Assembly: GCA_964646035.1 (NCBI GenBank)
Contig: CAZYDJ010000001.1
Coordinates: 7,346-71,345 of the forward strand
Reading direction: 5' to 3'
Origin: an uncultured Fibrobacteraceae bacterium
GTDB lineage: Bacteria; Krumholzibacteriota; Krumholzibacteriia; LZORAL124-64-63
Length of the DNA stretch: 64,000 nucleotides
The position numbers and the translations under genes are program-made. Positions 1 to 9,657 of this stretch are shown one piece after another. Each line of letters opens with the position of its first letter. Position 1 is the first letter of the stretch. Below the pieces are notes generated by a model, which saw nothing but the letters and a program-made list of their open reading frames with translations, was not told where the DNA came from and did not search any database.

Positions 1-163
1 TGAGCTGGATCTTGTAGGGCGACATCTTGCGCCGGCGGATCTGCTGCATCTTGCCGTGCTGGCCGGGGGGATACGGCTTGCGATCCATGTAGCGGTCGGC
101 CTTGGGCGTCAGGGACGTGCCCAGAGCGCGGGACAGCTTCACCTTCGATCCTGTAAACTTCAC
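1..163 (-). CDS. rpsD: 30S ribosomal protein S4 (N-terminal 54 aa; gene runs off the left edge)
   Basis: The minus-strand translation starts at a GTG at 161-163, preceded by a GGGAGGAAG RBS. It reads MKFTGSKVKLSRALGTSLTPKADRYMDRKPYPPGQHGKMQQIRRRKMSPYKIQL. This matches the S4 N-terminus (KLSRR.G...PGQHG...SDYxxQL). Confidence 0.8.
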   Translation of the reverse strand, partial: MKFTGSKVKLSRALGTSLTPKADRYMDRKPYPPGQHGKMQQIRRRKMSPYKIQL

Positions 164-373
164 GGTCTTCCTCCCAGTGGGGCGGTGAACGTCGAGCCGG
201 CCCCTCGCGTCTTCTGGTCGCGAATGGAGGCCATGCCCGGAAATGAAGCGGTTCGCAGCGCACCACGAAGGGGCGGGCGCCGTCTGACCGCAAGTCGCCA
301 AGAATAGGTCCGCGGGACTCGGCTGTCAAGCGCCAGGCCCCGCATCAGGCCCCCGCCCGACGCCGGCGGATGA

Positions 374-2548
374 TCAGCGTTTCGGCAGCAAAGCCTTGAT
401 GCTCAAGGATATACGCTGTCTGGCGATGTCGACCGCGAGCACCTTGACCTTCACCGTCTGCCCGACGTGGAGTTCGTCGGCAGGGTCGGTCACGAAGCGG
501 TTGGCGATCTCGCTGATGTGGACCAGGCCGTCCTGGTGCACTCCGATATCCACGAAGACTCCGAAGCGGGTGAGGTTGGTGACCACGCCCGAAAGCTCCA
601 TGCCCTCGGTCAGATCCTTGACCTCGTTGACCCCTTCGCGAAAATCGACAGCCTCGAATTCCCGGCGCGGATCGCGGCCGGGCTTCGCCAGCTCGGCCAG
701 GATGTCGTCGAGGGTGAACCTGCCCACCTCGTCATCGATATATCTCGAGGCATCGATGCCGGCGACCGCCCGCGCATCACCGACCAAAGACGCGACTTCG
801 AGCCCCAGATCGCCGGCGATCCTCTTGACCAGCTTGTAACGCTCGGGATGCACGGCCGAGTCATCCAGCGGATCGCCGCCCTTCACGCGCAGGAATCCGG
901 CACATTGCTCGTAGGTCTTCGGGCCGAGTCCGGCGACTTTCAGCAGATCGCGGCGTCCCCCGAAAGGTCCCGCCTCATCCCGCCTCGCGACCACCGCCCG
1001 CGCCAACGACGGGCCCAGTCCGGCCACATATCCCAGCAGCGAAGGGGATGCCGTGTTCACATCCACGCCCACCGAGTTCACGCAGCTCTCGACTACCTGG
1101 TCCAATCTCTCCTTCAATTGCTTCTGGTCGACGTCATGCTGGTACTGGCCGACCCCGATGGCCTTGGCGTCGATCTTGACCAGTTCGGCCAGCGGATCCT
1201 GCAGGCGCCGACCGATCGACACCGCTCCGCGAACGGTCACATCCTTGTCCGGCAATTCCTCGCGCGCGATCCCGCTGGCAGAATAGACCGACGCTCCGGA
1301 TTCGTTGACCAGAACCGCGGCGGCCCGTACGTCCTTGTCGGCCATCCATTTCCGGACCACGGCATGAGTCTCGCGCCCCCCCGTGCCGTTGCCGATGGCC
1401 ACGGCCTCCGGCTTGTGGGCGGCGAAGAGACGATCCAGAGCGGCCGCGGTGCCCGCCTCGTCGCTGCGCGGCGGAGTCGGGTAGACCACGGTATCGGCGA
1501 GCAGCCGGCCGGTGGCGTCGAGGACGGCGACCTTGCATCCGGTGCGATAGCCGGGGTCGATGGCCAGGACCGGACGGGCCCCGAAAGGCGGCGCCAGCAA
1601 AAGATCCCGGAGGTTGCGGGCGAAGACGGTGATCGCCTCTTCATCGGCCCGTTTCTTCAGTTCGAGGCGGATGTCGGTTTCGATCTGCACCGAGAGCAGG
1701 CGGTCGTAGGCGTCGTCGGAGGCCGTCCGGGCCTGGCCGTTCCAGATCGACGGTCGCACCGCCACCACCTCCGAGGCCAACAGCGACCGCGCCCTTTCCG
1801 GATCGGGTTGGATCCGATAGGAGAGAAATCCTTCCTTCTCGCCGCGCCTGATGGCCAGCACGCGATGAGACGGCAGATCACGGGCGGGCTGGGTGAATTC
1901 GTAGTAGTCCTCGAACTTGCTGCGCTGGTCCTTCTTGCCCCGGGCCGCGCGACAGATCATATCCCCCTCGCGACGAGTCAAATCACGGATCATGGCTCTC
2001 AGCCCTGCGGTCTCGGCGATTCGCTCGGCAACGATGTCGCGGGCCCCCTGCAACGCGGCCTCCGGGTCGTCGACGCCCTTTTCCGGGTCGACGTATTCCG
2101 CCGCCGCGATCTGCGGATCGCCTGCGGTTTCGAATTGCTCCCACATCCGCTCCGCCAGTGGTTCGAGGCCTTTTTCCCTGGCGATCATGGCGCGCGTGCG
2201 CCGCTTGGGCCGGAACGGCAGATAGAGATCCTCCAGGGCGGTCTTGGTTTCGGCCGCGTTGACGGCTTTTTCCAGCTCCGGAGTCAGCTTGCCCTGTTCG
2301 GCGATGCTCTCCAACACCGCGGCGCGCCTCTCCTCGAGTTCGCGGCGGTACTTCAGCTTTTCCTGGATCCCGGTCAGCGAAACGTCCTCGAGTCCGTCGG
2401 TTGCTTCCTTGCGATAGCGGGCGACGAAGGGAACGGTGTTGCCGGCGTCGAAGAGTTCCACCGCGGCGGTCACCGACCGCAAGGGCAGCGACAGGTCCGA
2501 AGCGACCTGTTCGATGATCCGCGCATTTGTCTGGGCTTCCGTGGTCAT
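374..2548 (-). CDS. tex: Tex-family transcription accessory protein (YqgF/RNase H-like, HhH, C-terminal S1 RNA-binding domain)
   Basis: A 724-aa ORF. The N-terminus has the Tex-like PFVARYRKE motif. The central region has the YqgF-like IDPGYRTGCKVAV motif. The C-terminus has an S1 domain (GVVTNLTRFGVFVDIG). Confidence 0.92.
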   Translation of the reverse strand: MTTEAQTNARIIEQVASDLSLPLRSVTAAVELFDAGNTVPFVARYRKEATDGLEDVSLTGIQEKLKYRRELEERRAAVLESIAEQGKLTPELEKAVNAAETKTALEDLYLPFRPKRRTRAMIAREKGLEPLAERMWEQFETAGDPQIAAAEYVDPEKGVDDPEAALQGARDIVAERIAETAGLRAMIRDLTRREGDMICRAARGKKDQRSKFEDYYEFTQPARDLPSHRVLAIRRGEKEGFLSYRIQPDPERARSLLASEVVAVRPSIWNGQARTASDDAYDRLLSVQIETDIRLELKKRADEEAITVFARNLRDLLLAPPFGARPVLAIDPGYRTGCKVAVLDATGRLLADTVVYPTPPRSDEAGTAAALDRLFAAHKPEAVAIGNGTGGRETHAVVRKWMADKDVRAAAVLVNESGASVYSASGIAREELPDKDVTVRGAVSIGRRLQDPLAELVKIDAKAIGVGQYQHDVDQKQLKERLDQVVESCVNSVGVDVNTASPSLLGYVAGLGPSLARAVVARRDEAGPFGGRRDLLKVAGLGPKTYEQCAGFLRVKGGDPLDDSAVHPERYKLVKRIAGDLGLEVASLVGDARAVAGIDASRYIDDEVGRFTLDDILAELAKPGRDPRREFEAVDFREGVNEVKDLTEGMELSGVVTNLTRFGVFVDIGVHQDGLVHISEIANRFVTDPADELHVGQTVKVKVLAVDIARQRISLSIKALLPKR

Positions 2549-2658
2549 GATTCCTTTCCCGGCGGGATGGCGTTGCCCGGCCCTCCGGAGCTGGAGGGCC
2601 GGGGCGTCAATCTAGGCGACGCGGGCGGGGCTGTCCAGCCATCGCGGTCCCCTAACGG

Positions 2659-2686
2659 GTCCAGGGCGCCTCGGGGCGCCCTGGAC
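2659..2686. terminator. GC-rich perfect hairpin (12-bp stem GTCCAGGGCGCC / GGCGCCCTGGAC, loop TCGG) between the 2715..3653 gene and tex
   Basis: The inverted repeat is read directly from the sequence. There is no clear U-tract, so it may be an attenuator or stabiliser rather than a classic intrinsic terminator. Confidence 0.35.
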
Positions 2687-2714
2687 TCGTGTCGCCGGGT
2701 AGTGGAATGTGGAA

Positions 2715-3653
2715 TCAGTCGGCGTGCTCGACGAGGATACTGACCGAACCGTCCAACTCGGCCCGCAAGTTGGGCCGAACCTGGGTCTCGATCTCGACCT
2801 TGTCGGGAGTGATGATCATTCCCTCGATTACGAAATCCTTCACCTTCTCGGCTCGCCGCAAGGCCAGCACCTCCTCCTCCGCGACCACCAGGACCTTCAG
2901 CGGAGAGTAGGGATGATCGCGACGGACGATGTCCAGGGCTCCGGTCAGCCACGCCAGCCCCTCCTCGTCCAGATCGACCTTCCCCTTGGAGAACAGGCGG
3001 TCTCCGGCGAAGGACAGGCAACGATCGCCCCGCTCGCGGTAGTCGAGAGCCGGGATACGGAAGCTCACGCCGGCATAGTTGTAGGTGTTGGTGCCCTTGT
3101 CGGTGACGCTGTAGAGGTAGCTGTAGGGATACCCCACGTCGAGGACGGAGGCCTGATCATCGCGTCCGTCCCAGTCAACCGTGCGCGGCGGACGCCCCTG
3201 GCCCCTGTACTCGCGGAACGGCGATCCCCGGAAATCGGTGACCGTCAGCTCCCAGGACTCGGCGTCGTGACCCTCGGGATCCTCCGGGAAGAATGTCGCC
3301 ACCGGGGACCCCGACATATCGGGAGCCCAGCAATGAGGCACCTGGTCGCTGCTTAGGCTGCCGGGATTGTTGACCAGCGACCGCAATCCGCCCACCGGGC
3401 TGATGGCCATGACGGCCTCGTCCTCCCGGCTGAAGAATGTGTCAATGATCGCCGCCCCGAGCTCCAGGGAGTAGGTGCTCTTCTGGATGTCCTGGCGAAC
3501 CTGGTTCTCGGCCTCGACCACCATCTCGGGGATGTCGGCGTTGACCTCCCCGTCCTCTTCGGTCCAGGCGAAGGCCGTTGCTGCGCCGAGGCAGAGCCAA
3601 CCCGCCGCGACGAGAATAATGACCGTGATCCTGATGTCGTTGCTGCTGTGCAT
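2715..3653 (-). CDS. secreted hypothetical protein, possible OmpA-like C-terminal region
   Basis: The N-terminal signal peptide reads MHSSNDIRITVIILVAAGWLCLGAATAFA. The C-terminus (LVVAEEEVLALRRAEKVKDFV) resembles an OmpA-like peptidoglycan-binding motif. It is co-directional with and immediately downstream of tonB. Confidence 0.45.
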   Translation of the reverse strand: MHSSNDIRITVIILVAAGWLCLGAATAFAWTEEDGEVNADIPEMVVEAENQVRQDIQKSTYSLELGAAIIDTFFSREDEAVMAISPVGGLRSLVNNPGSLSSDQVPHCWAPDMSGSPVATFFPEDPEGHDAESWELTVTDFRGSPFREYRGQGRPPRTVDWDGRDDQASVLDVGYPYSYLYSVTDKGTNTYNYAGVSFRIPALDYRERGDRCLSFAGDRLFSKGKVDLDEEGLAWLTGALDIVRRDHPYSPLKVLVVAEEEVLALRRAEKVKDFVIEGMIITPDKVEIETQVRPNLRAELDGSVSILVEHAD

Positions 3654-3723
3654 GATGCTTTCCTTTTGACTCAGGGCCTTTCCCTTTGTCTATCCGGCCC
3701 GTTCTCTTATCTCCGCAGACCGC

Positions 3724-5037
3724 CTAGTTGAGGCGGAAGACGATGGTGATCACCCCCCACTGCTCGGTCTTGGGCTGACCGTCCGGCAGCGGCTCGAAGC
3801 GGAATTCCCTGATGGCCGCCATCGCTGATCTGTTCAGATCCCGATGCGCCGCCGTCTGATCGAAATAGAGGTTGTCCTTCACCCTGCCGTCGGGCATCAC
3901 GGTGAAGTGGACCGCGACTACGCCTTCCCATCCGTTGCGGCGCGCAGTCTCGGTGTATTCCAACTGCGGTGCGTGCAGGATGTCACGTCCGACAATCTGC
4001 CCGCTGACGGTCATCGAGACACCGTTGCCTCCCAGGGCCGCCGCCGCCTCGACCGGGGCCGAGCGGCTGTCCGCTGAAGCCGCCTTCTCCACGATCGGCC
4101 CGGCAGAAGGGGCTTCCTTCAGGGACGACTTGCGGCCCGACAGGGCCCCGCTGCCGCCACCGCCGCCGGCGCCGTAATCGAGGATGGTCCGGCGGCCGGT
4201 GCGATTGCCGCCCGCCGCTGTCGCCGCCGCGGCGATATCCACTTCCGCCGGCGCCTGACGAGCCTCTTTCTTGAAGCCGCTCGCGGGGATCAATGACGAC
4301 ACCGTTCCCTGGTAGACTTCCTTGCCTTCCTCGAGCTGTCCGCCGACCAGGCCGGCGTTGCCGCCCTCGACTCCTCCGGAGGGAAGCTGCAGGGCCATTC
4401 GACCGCTGCCGCCGCCGTCACCGACCTCGAAATCCACCTCGTCGAGATTCAGCTTGCTCTTGCGGCCCACCAGCGACTGGGTATCGGCGTTGAATTTCGC
4501 CTGGGGCTGGCGCGAACTGAGCGCGGGCGCTCCGACATCTGCTGCGAGCGCCTGCTTGTTGCGCAGGTTCTCCAGCCCGGCCACCGGAGCCTGGGTGTCC
4601 GCGAACCGGCGCGAATTCAGCCGGCTGGCCGTCTGCAACTGCGTGCGGGGCTCGGTCGCCATCTTCAGATCGGGCGTCTTGACGTCCATCCGCATCTTCT
4701 GCCGCTTGAGGACCGGCTTGGTCATCGGCAAGGTCCGCTGCTTGAGAACCGGCTTGCTTTCCACGTGGGAATCGTCGACAGCCTTCTCCGGCTCCGCCTT
4801 GCGCTCCACCGGCGCCGGAGCCGGCCGGGTCTTCAAGCGCACCTTCTCGGCTACGTCTTCCCCGTAGCGGGATTCGATGTAGGCGATTTCGGTCAGCTCA
4901 TCGACCATCTCGCTGACACCGGTGGCGCCGATGCGCATCATGAACAGCAGCAGCAGCAGCAGCGCCGCATGGACGCCGAAGCTGACACCGAACCCGCCGC
5001 TGGTGGCGGCGCGACGGCTGACGGCGGCTTTCATCAT
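3724..5037 (-). CDS. tonB: energy transducer TonB (N-terminal TM anchor, Pro/Ala/Lys-rich spacer, C-terminal TonB domain)
   Basis: A 437-aa ORF with an N-terminal TM helix, a long proline-rich low-complexity region, and a C-terminal TonB-like fold (VVAVHFTVMPDGRVKD...AIREFRFEP). Its start overlaps the exbD stop (ATGA). Confidence 0.82.
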   Translation of the reverse strand: MMKAAVSRRAATSGGFGVSFGVHAALLLLLLFMMRIGATGVSEMVDELTEIAYIESRYGEDVAEKVRLKTRPAPAPVERKAEPEKAVDDSHVESKPVLKQRTLPMTKPVLKRQKMRMDVKTPDLKMATEPRTQLQTASRLNSRRFADTQAPVAGLENLRNKQALAADVGAPALSSRQPQAKFNADTQSLVGRKSKLNLDEVDFEVGDGGGSGRMALQLPSGGVEGGNAGLVGGQLEEGKEVYQGTVSSLIPASGFKKEARQAPAEVDIAAAATAAGGNRTGRRTILDYGAGGGGGSGALSGRKSSLKEAPSAGPIVEKAASADSRSAPVEAAAALGGNGVSMTVSGQIVGRDILHAPQLEYTETARRNGWEGVVAVHFTVMPDGRVKDNLYFDQTAAHRDLNRSAMAAIREFRFEPLPDGQPKTEQWGVITIVFRLN

Positions 5038-5441
5038 GGCGCCGCCTCCTCGGGCTTCTTCCCGGTCGCGATGGCGATGCGCGGCGCCTGGGCCGCCTCG
5101 ACCTCGGCGATCAGCTTCTCGACATCGCCGTAGAGCAGATCCTTGTCCGCCTTGACCACGGCGACCGCGTCCGGATTACCCTCGAACAGGGGAGTCAGCC
5201 GCGAACGCACTTCGTCGAGAGCAAGCTCCTCCTCGCCGAGATAGATTCGGCCGTCGATGGTGAAGATGATCTCGGTCTTCTCGGTATCGTCCATCTGATG
5301 GGCGCGCGCTTCCGGCAACGCCACATCGTGTTCGGTCTCGTTCAGGAACGGTGAGATTATCATCAGCGTCAGCACGACCACCAACGACACGTTGATCACC
5401 GGCACGACATCGATCTTGCTGCTGTAGCGGTATACCTTCAT
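5034..5441 (-). CDS. exbD: biopolymer transport protein ExbD/TolR
   Basis: A 135-aa ORF with a single N-terminal TM helix (INVSLVVVLTLMIISPF). Its size and topology are typical of ExbD. It is adjacent to exbB and tonB. Confidence 0.82.
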   Translation of the reverse strand: MKVYRYSSKIDVVPVINVSLVVVLTLMIISPFLNETEHDVALPEARAHQMDDTEKTEIIFTIDGRIYLGEEELALDEVRSRLTPLFEGNPDAVAVVKADKDLLYGDVEKLIAEVEAAQAPRIAIATGKKPEEAAP

Positions 5442-5872
5442 CGCGCCCCCTCTTCACGTTTGTTGAGGAGGGCGAGGCTTTTCGCTCCGCCGGCCTTGGC
5501 CGCGTCAAGCACGAACACGACTTCGTCCAGCTTCACGAAATCGCTGGGGATGATGACGACGGTCTTTTCGATGCGGCCCGACAGGTTGTCCCGCAGGGCT
5601 CCTTCGAGATCCGCGGACTCTACCGGATCGCCGTTGAGAAAAAGTCCGTCGGTCGTCACCGAAACCATCACCAATTCGTCCTTCTGGTCGGCGCTGGTGC
5701 TGACAACGGTAGCACTGGCCTCCGCTCGGGTCGCGTTGACCTGGATGCCGTTGCCGAGAATGGCCGGCATAGTGATGAGGAACACCACGATCAGGGTGGT
5801 CGTCACGTCCGCCAGCGGAGTGATGTTGGCATCGTTCTGGCCACGCATGGCCGATCTTTTCACGCCGGACAT
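5438..5872 (-). CDS. exbD: biopolymer transport protein ExbD/TolR (second copy)
   Basis: A 144-aa ORF with the ExbD N-terminal motif (ITPLADVTTTLIVVFLITMP). It forms a 4-nt ATGA overlap with the downstream exbD. Confidence 0.82.
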   Translation of the reverse strand: MSGVKRSAMRGQNDANITPLADVTTTLIVVFLITMPAILGNGIQVNATRAEASATVVSTSADQKDELVMVSVTTDGLFLNGDPVESADLEGALRDNLSGRIEKTVVIIPSDFVKLDEVVFVLDAAKAGGAKSLALLNKREEGAR

Positions 5873-5887
5873 CTTGAACTCCCGCCT

Positions 5888-6622
5888 CTAGTAGTTGCTG
5901 GCGACCGGCTCACGCTCGGCCTTTTGTTCCTCGACCGATTCGTAGATCGGATCCGAACTGGCGACCGCGGCCGCGGGGCGAGGCTCGGCCTGGCGCTCGC
6001 GAACGACGGGGATGACGCGGGTCATCAGGAAGAATTCCTCGCGTACGTCCTCGAGCTCGATGATCCGGGTGCGGATCCGACGCACGAAAACGTTGAAGAA
6101 CACTGTCGCGATGACAGCCACGACGATACCCGCGGCGGTGGTCAACAAGGCCTCCGAAACGCCCATGGCGACAACGGCGCTGCCGCCGGCCCCGGTGCGG
6201 GCGATGTCGGCGAAAGCCCTGATGATGCCGATCACCGTGCCGAACAGTCCGAGCAGGGGCGCGATGTTGCTCATCGTGCCCAGCACGCTGAGATTGCGCT
6301 CCATCTCCACCTGTTCGACCTCGATGGCGGTGTTGAATCGCTGCTGCATCTCGCTCGGCTTGAGATCCAGGTGCTCCAGGCAGTGCCCCAGCACGCGGGC
6401 CGCGGATCCATTCTGGCGATTGCAGTAATCGACCGCTCCAGGCAGATCCTGCTTGGTCATGTAGCCGGCGAGGCCTTTCATGAACTTGGTGACATCGGTG
6501 CGTGTCCTCAGAAAATACAGCCCCCGCTCGAAGGCGTAGCTGACGGTGATGATCGAGCAGATAAGCAGGACGACCATCGTCGGCGAACCGATGAACAGAT
6601 CGGTCAGAGACATACCCAACAT
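5888..6622 (-). CDS. exbB: MotA/TolQ/ExbB proton channel
   Basis: A 244-aa ORF with three TM segments and the ExbB signature region (LGTMSNIAPLLGLFGTVIGIIRAF). Confidence 0.86.
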   Translation of the reverse strand: MLGMSLTDLFIGSPTMVVLLICSIITVSYAFERGLYFLRTRTDVTKFMKGLAGYMTKQDLPGAVDYCNRQNGSAARVLGHCLEHLDLKPSEMQQRFNTAIEVEQVEMERNLSVLGTMSNIAPLLGLFGTVIGIIRAFADIARTGAGGSAVVAMGVSEALLTTAAGIVVAVIATVFFNVFVRRIRTRIIELEDVREEFFLMTRVIPVVRERQAEPRPAAAVASSDPIYESVEEQKAEREPVASNY

Positions 6623-6651
6623 GATGTGCCTTTCCCCTCCGTTGGAGCCGG

Positions 6652-9600
6652 TCAGTTGCCGGCAGGTTGATTTGCCTGGATTTCAGCGATCCGGCCCTGG
6701 GCCATCTCCGTCCATTCAGGCTTTCCGTTCGCGTTGATTATTCTCTGATAGGCCTGGATCGCCCCCGGCCAGTCCGACCGTCCTTCACAGATTTGGCCGA
6801 TCTGGGCAAGGCTGGCGATCCTGAACGGAGCCGACGCTGATCCCGCGCTGGCCGAGATCTCGTAACAGGACAGGGCCAGATCCATGCGCCCCATCTTCTC
6901 GTAGCATTCTCCGCGGCGGAAACCGATCTCGTCGGGATCCACGTCTCCGGCCGCCTCGGCCTTGTCGTAGGATTCCAGGGCGTGCTGGTAATCGCCCATC
7001 TCCTCCTGGTAAAGCGAGGCCACCTGATACCACAGCCCCTTGGCGTTCTCGTGCTCGGGGAAATCGGCCATGATCCACATCATCGTGCCTATCGCCGACG
7101 GCCAGTCCTCGAGTTCCTGGTAGCTGAGAGCGGCGTTGTAGAGAGCCATCGGCGCGTACTCGCTGCCGGGCTCCTGCTCCGCGAGCAGTTCGTAGGTCGT
7201 CGAGGCCTTCTCGTATTCCTCCTGCTTGAACAGCACGGTCCCGGCCCGGAATCGCGACAACGCCGCGAGATCGTGATCGGGATGCGTCTTGGCGAAGTTG
7301 CGGAACCCCGCGAGTGCCTGGTCCAGTTGTTCCATGCGGTAGTAACTCTCTGCCAGGTAGTAGAGCGCGCCGGGGCTGCTCTCGCTGTCTGCGAATTCAA
7401 GGGTGACTTTCTCGAAAGCCTTGGCTGCCGTCTCGTATTTACCTTCGGCGAAGGATTCCTGACCTTTAGTCCAGTAATAGTCGGCAGCCATCGGGCTGTC
7501 CGGACGCAACGCGACATACTCCTCTATGTCCCTGCCGCTGCGGTAGAAGCAGGATTGGATGCCGAGCTCGGCGTCCTCGACCCGCGCATCATCCGGGAAG
7601 GTTTCGAGGAAGGATCCGAAGGCGGCGATGGCCGCGTCGTCGTTCTGCTCGTTGTAATGGCAGTTGGCGACTCCGAAAGCGGCGTCGGCCGCGTGTTGGC
7701 CTTCGGGATTTCGGCGCAGCAGATCGGAATAGCTGCTGCGGGCCCCGGCGAAGTCGCCGAGACCGAACTTGGTGTCGGCCACGCGATAGCGCGCTTCTTC
7801 GGCTTCAGTCGATTCCGGGTGGTCGGACAGGAGTTTCTGCCATGTCGCCACGGCCTGTTCGTAGTACTGCAGACGGTAGTAGCAATCGCCCTGGTTCAGC
7901 ATCGCCGACGGAGCTTCGTCGCCGCTCGGGTTCTTGGCCAGGAAATCGGTGAAGTGCTGCAGCGCCTCTTCGTATTTGTGCTGGTTGAAGTAGAGCGAAC
8001 CCACCGCCAGCGAATTCTCACCTTCCTCGCTGTCGGCGTTGGCCAGCGCGAGCATGAATTTTTCCTGTTCCTCGAGGGCGAGATCGTATTCGTCGATCTG
8101 GCTGTATCCGGCGACCATCCCCTGCAGGCTGGCCACTGCCACGTTGCTGCGGGGGTAACCGGTCAACACCAGGCGGTACATCCCCACAGCCTCGCGGAAG
8201 AGACCCTGCGAATAGTAGGCCTCGCCGAGGTAGTAGTAGGTCCGCGCGCGCCAGTCGCTGGGAGTGGGCAGCAGGCGGTTGGCGATGAAGTGGTAATTGG
8301 TGATCAGACGGTCGAACTGGGCGAGGTCGAAGTAGGCGACCGTGGCCAAAAACAGCGCCCGCTCGCCGACGTCGGTGTTGACGTACTGGTCCATCACGTT
8401 CTGGAAATCCCGGATGGCCAGATCGTATTCCTCGAGACGGTAGTGGCTGAATCCCTTCAGCACCCTCACCCGCGCCGCCAGGTGGTCGCCCGAATACTGC
8501 TGGAAGAACTGTTCGGCCATCAGGACGGCCTGGTCATAGTTCTGCTCGGCGGTATAGGCGTAGACGATCTTGTGCAGGGCGGCGCTGGCGACCGGGTTCT
8601 CGGGATGCCGCTTGAACACCTCGGTGAACGAGAAGATCGCGTTGGAAGGCCGCTCGAGCGCCATATAGGACAGGCCGGCCAGATAATCGGCCTCGGCGCA
8701 GATATGGGCATCGGGATGGGCCTCGACCAGATCCTCGACCTGCCGGATGCAGTCGTTGTAGGCGCTTTCCCGATAGGCGATGCAGGCCAGCTTGTACAGA
8801 GCCACCGGAACGTGGCGGCTTTCGGGATTCTCTTCGATGAAACCCTTGTAGCTGCGCCGCGCGATCCGGTCCTGGCCGCTGTTGTAGAAAGCGTCGGCGA
8901 TGCTGAAAGCGATATCCTCGGCCAGAGGGCTGTCCGGGAAACGGCGTTGGGCCTGGCGATAACGCTGAATGGCCAGGATGAACTGGCCGGTCGCCTCGTA
9001 GCATCGACCCAGGAAATAGAGACCGCGGTCGGTCTTGACGTCCTCGAAAAGAGTGATCGCCTCATCGAACCGATCGGCTTGGTAGGCAAGCACGCCGAGG
9101 GCGAACTTTACCGCCGGCAGATCACGGTAACCCGGCCGGGCCTCCAGCAGTTTCTCGTAGACCCTCTCCAACCCCTCCCAGTTGCCGGTGATGACATAGG
9201 TCTGTCCGAGGTCGAAAAGCGTCTCGCCCTCGAGGAAGGTCTCGGAGTGATCGGCCAACAACCGGTCGAACATCGCGACGGACTCGTCGAAGCGTTCCAG
9301 GTTGAAGAGGCACTCGCCGCTGCGCAGCAGAACACTGGCCGCGAGATAGGAATCGAAGCCGTTGTGATCGCCGACCTTCTCGTATTCGTTCAGGGCGCCG
9401 TGGCTGTCGCCCGTCTTGAAGTAGCACTCGCCCAACATGAACCTGGCCTTCGCCGCGCGGGACGATTTGCCGTATTCGTTGAGGTAGAGCTGGTACTGCT
9501 GCATCGCCGCGGCCTTGTCCTCACTCCCGGTGAACGACTTGCCGGCGGTGATCCACAGTTCATCCTCGCTCGGGACGAGTTTCTCCTCGTCCCCGGCGAA

Positions 9601-9657
9601 AAGCGCTACCGGCGCCAGAAGCAGCAGCGCGATGGTGATGGCGCGGATTCGTCTCAT
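6652..9657 (-). CDS. large secreted tetratricopeptide-repeat (TPR) protein associated with the TonB/ExbBD cluster
   Basis: About 1000 aa. A signal peptide (MRRIRAITIALLLLAPVALFA) is followed by many 34-aa TPR-like repeats (A..Y..A..Y.). The start at 9655-9657 overlaps the upstream gene's stop in a TGATG junction. The six-frame ORF extension to 9768 is not believed. Confidence 0.78.
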   Translation of the reverse strand: MRRIRAITIALLLLAPVALFAGDEEKLVPSEDELWITAGKSFTGSEDKAAAMQQYQLYLNEYGKSSRAAKARFMLGECYFKTGDSHGALNEYEKVGDHNGFDSYLAASVLLRSGECLFNLERFDESVAMFDRLLADHSETFLEGETLFDLGQTYVITGNWEGLERVYEKLLEARPGYRDLPAVKFALGVLAYQADRFDEAITLFEDVKTDRGLYFLGRCYEATGQFILAIQRYRQAQRRFPDSPLAEDIAFSIADAFYNSGQDRIARRSYKGFIEENPESRHVPVALYKLACIAYRESAYNDCIRQVEDLVEAHPDAHICAEADYLAGLSYMALERPSNAIFSFTEVFKRHPENPVASAALHKIVYAYTAEQNYDQAVLMAEQFFQQYSGDHLAARVRVLKGFSHYRLEEYDLAIRDFQNVMDQYVNTDVGERALFLATVAYFDLAQFDRLITNYHFIANRLLPTPSDWRARTYYYLGEAYYSQGLFREAVGMYRLVLTGYPRSNVAVASLQGMVAGYSQIDEYDLALEEQEKFMLALANADSEEGENSLAVGSLYFNQHKYEEALQHFTDFLAKNPSGDEAPSAMLNQGDCYYRLQYYEQAVATWQKLLSDHPESTEAEEARYRVADTKFGLGDFAGARSSYSDLLRRNPEGQHAADAAFGVANCHYNEQNDDAAIAAFGSFLETFPDDARVEDAELGIQSCFYRSGRDIEEYVALRPDSPMAADYYWTKGQESFAEGKYETAAKAFEKVTLEFADSESSPGALYYLAESYYRMEQLDQALAGFRNFAKTHPDHDLAALSRFRAGTVLFKQEEYEKASTTYELLAEQEPGSEYAPMALYNAALSYQELEDWPSAIGTMMWIMADFPEHENAKGLWYQVASLYQEEMGDYQHALESYDKAEAAGDVDPDEIGFRRGECYEKMGRMDLALSCYEISASAGSASAPFRIASLAQIGQICEGRSDWPGAIQAYQRIINANGKPEWTEMAQGRIAEIQANQPAGN

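Noticed and set aside
467-2743. A 758-aa + strand ORF antisense to tex.
   Set aside because: It is a GC-rich antisense shadow ORF. tex on the minus strand has unambiguous domain content.
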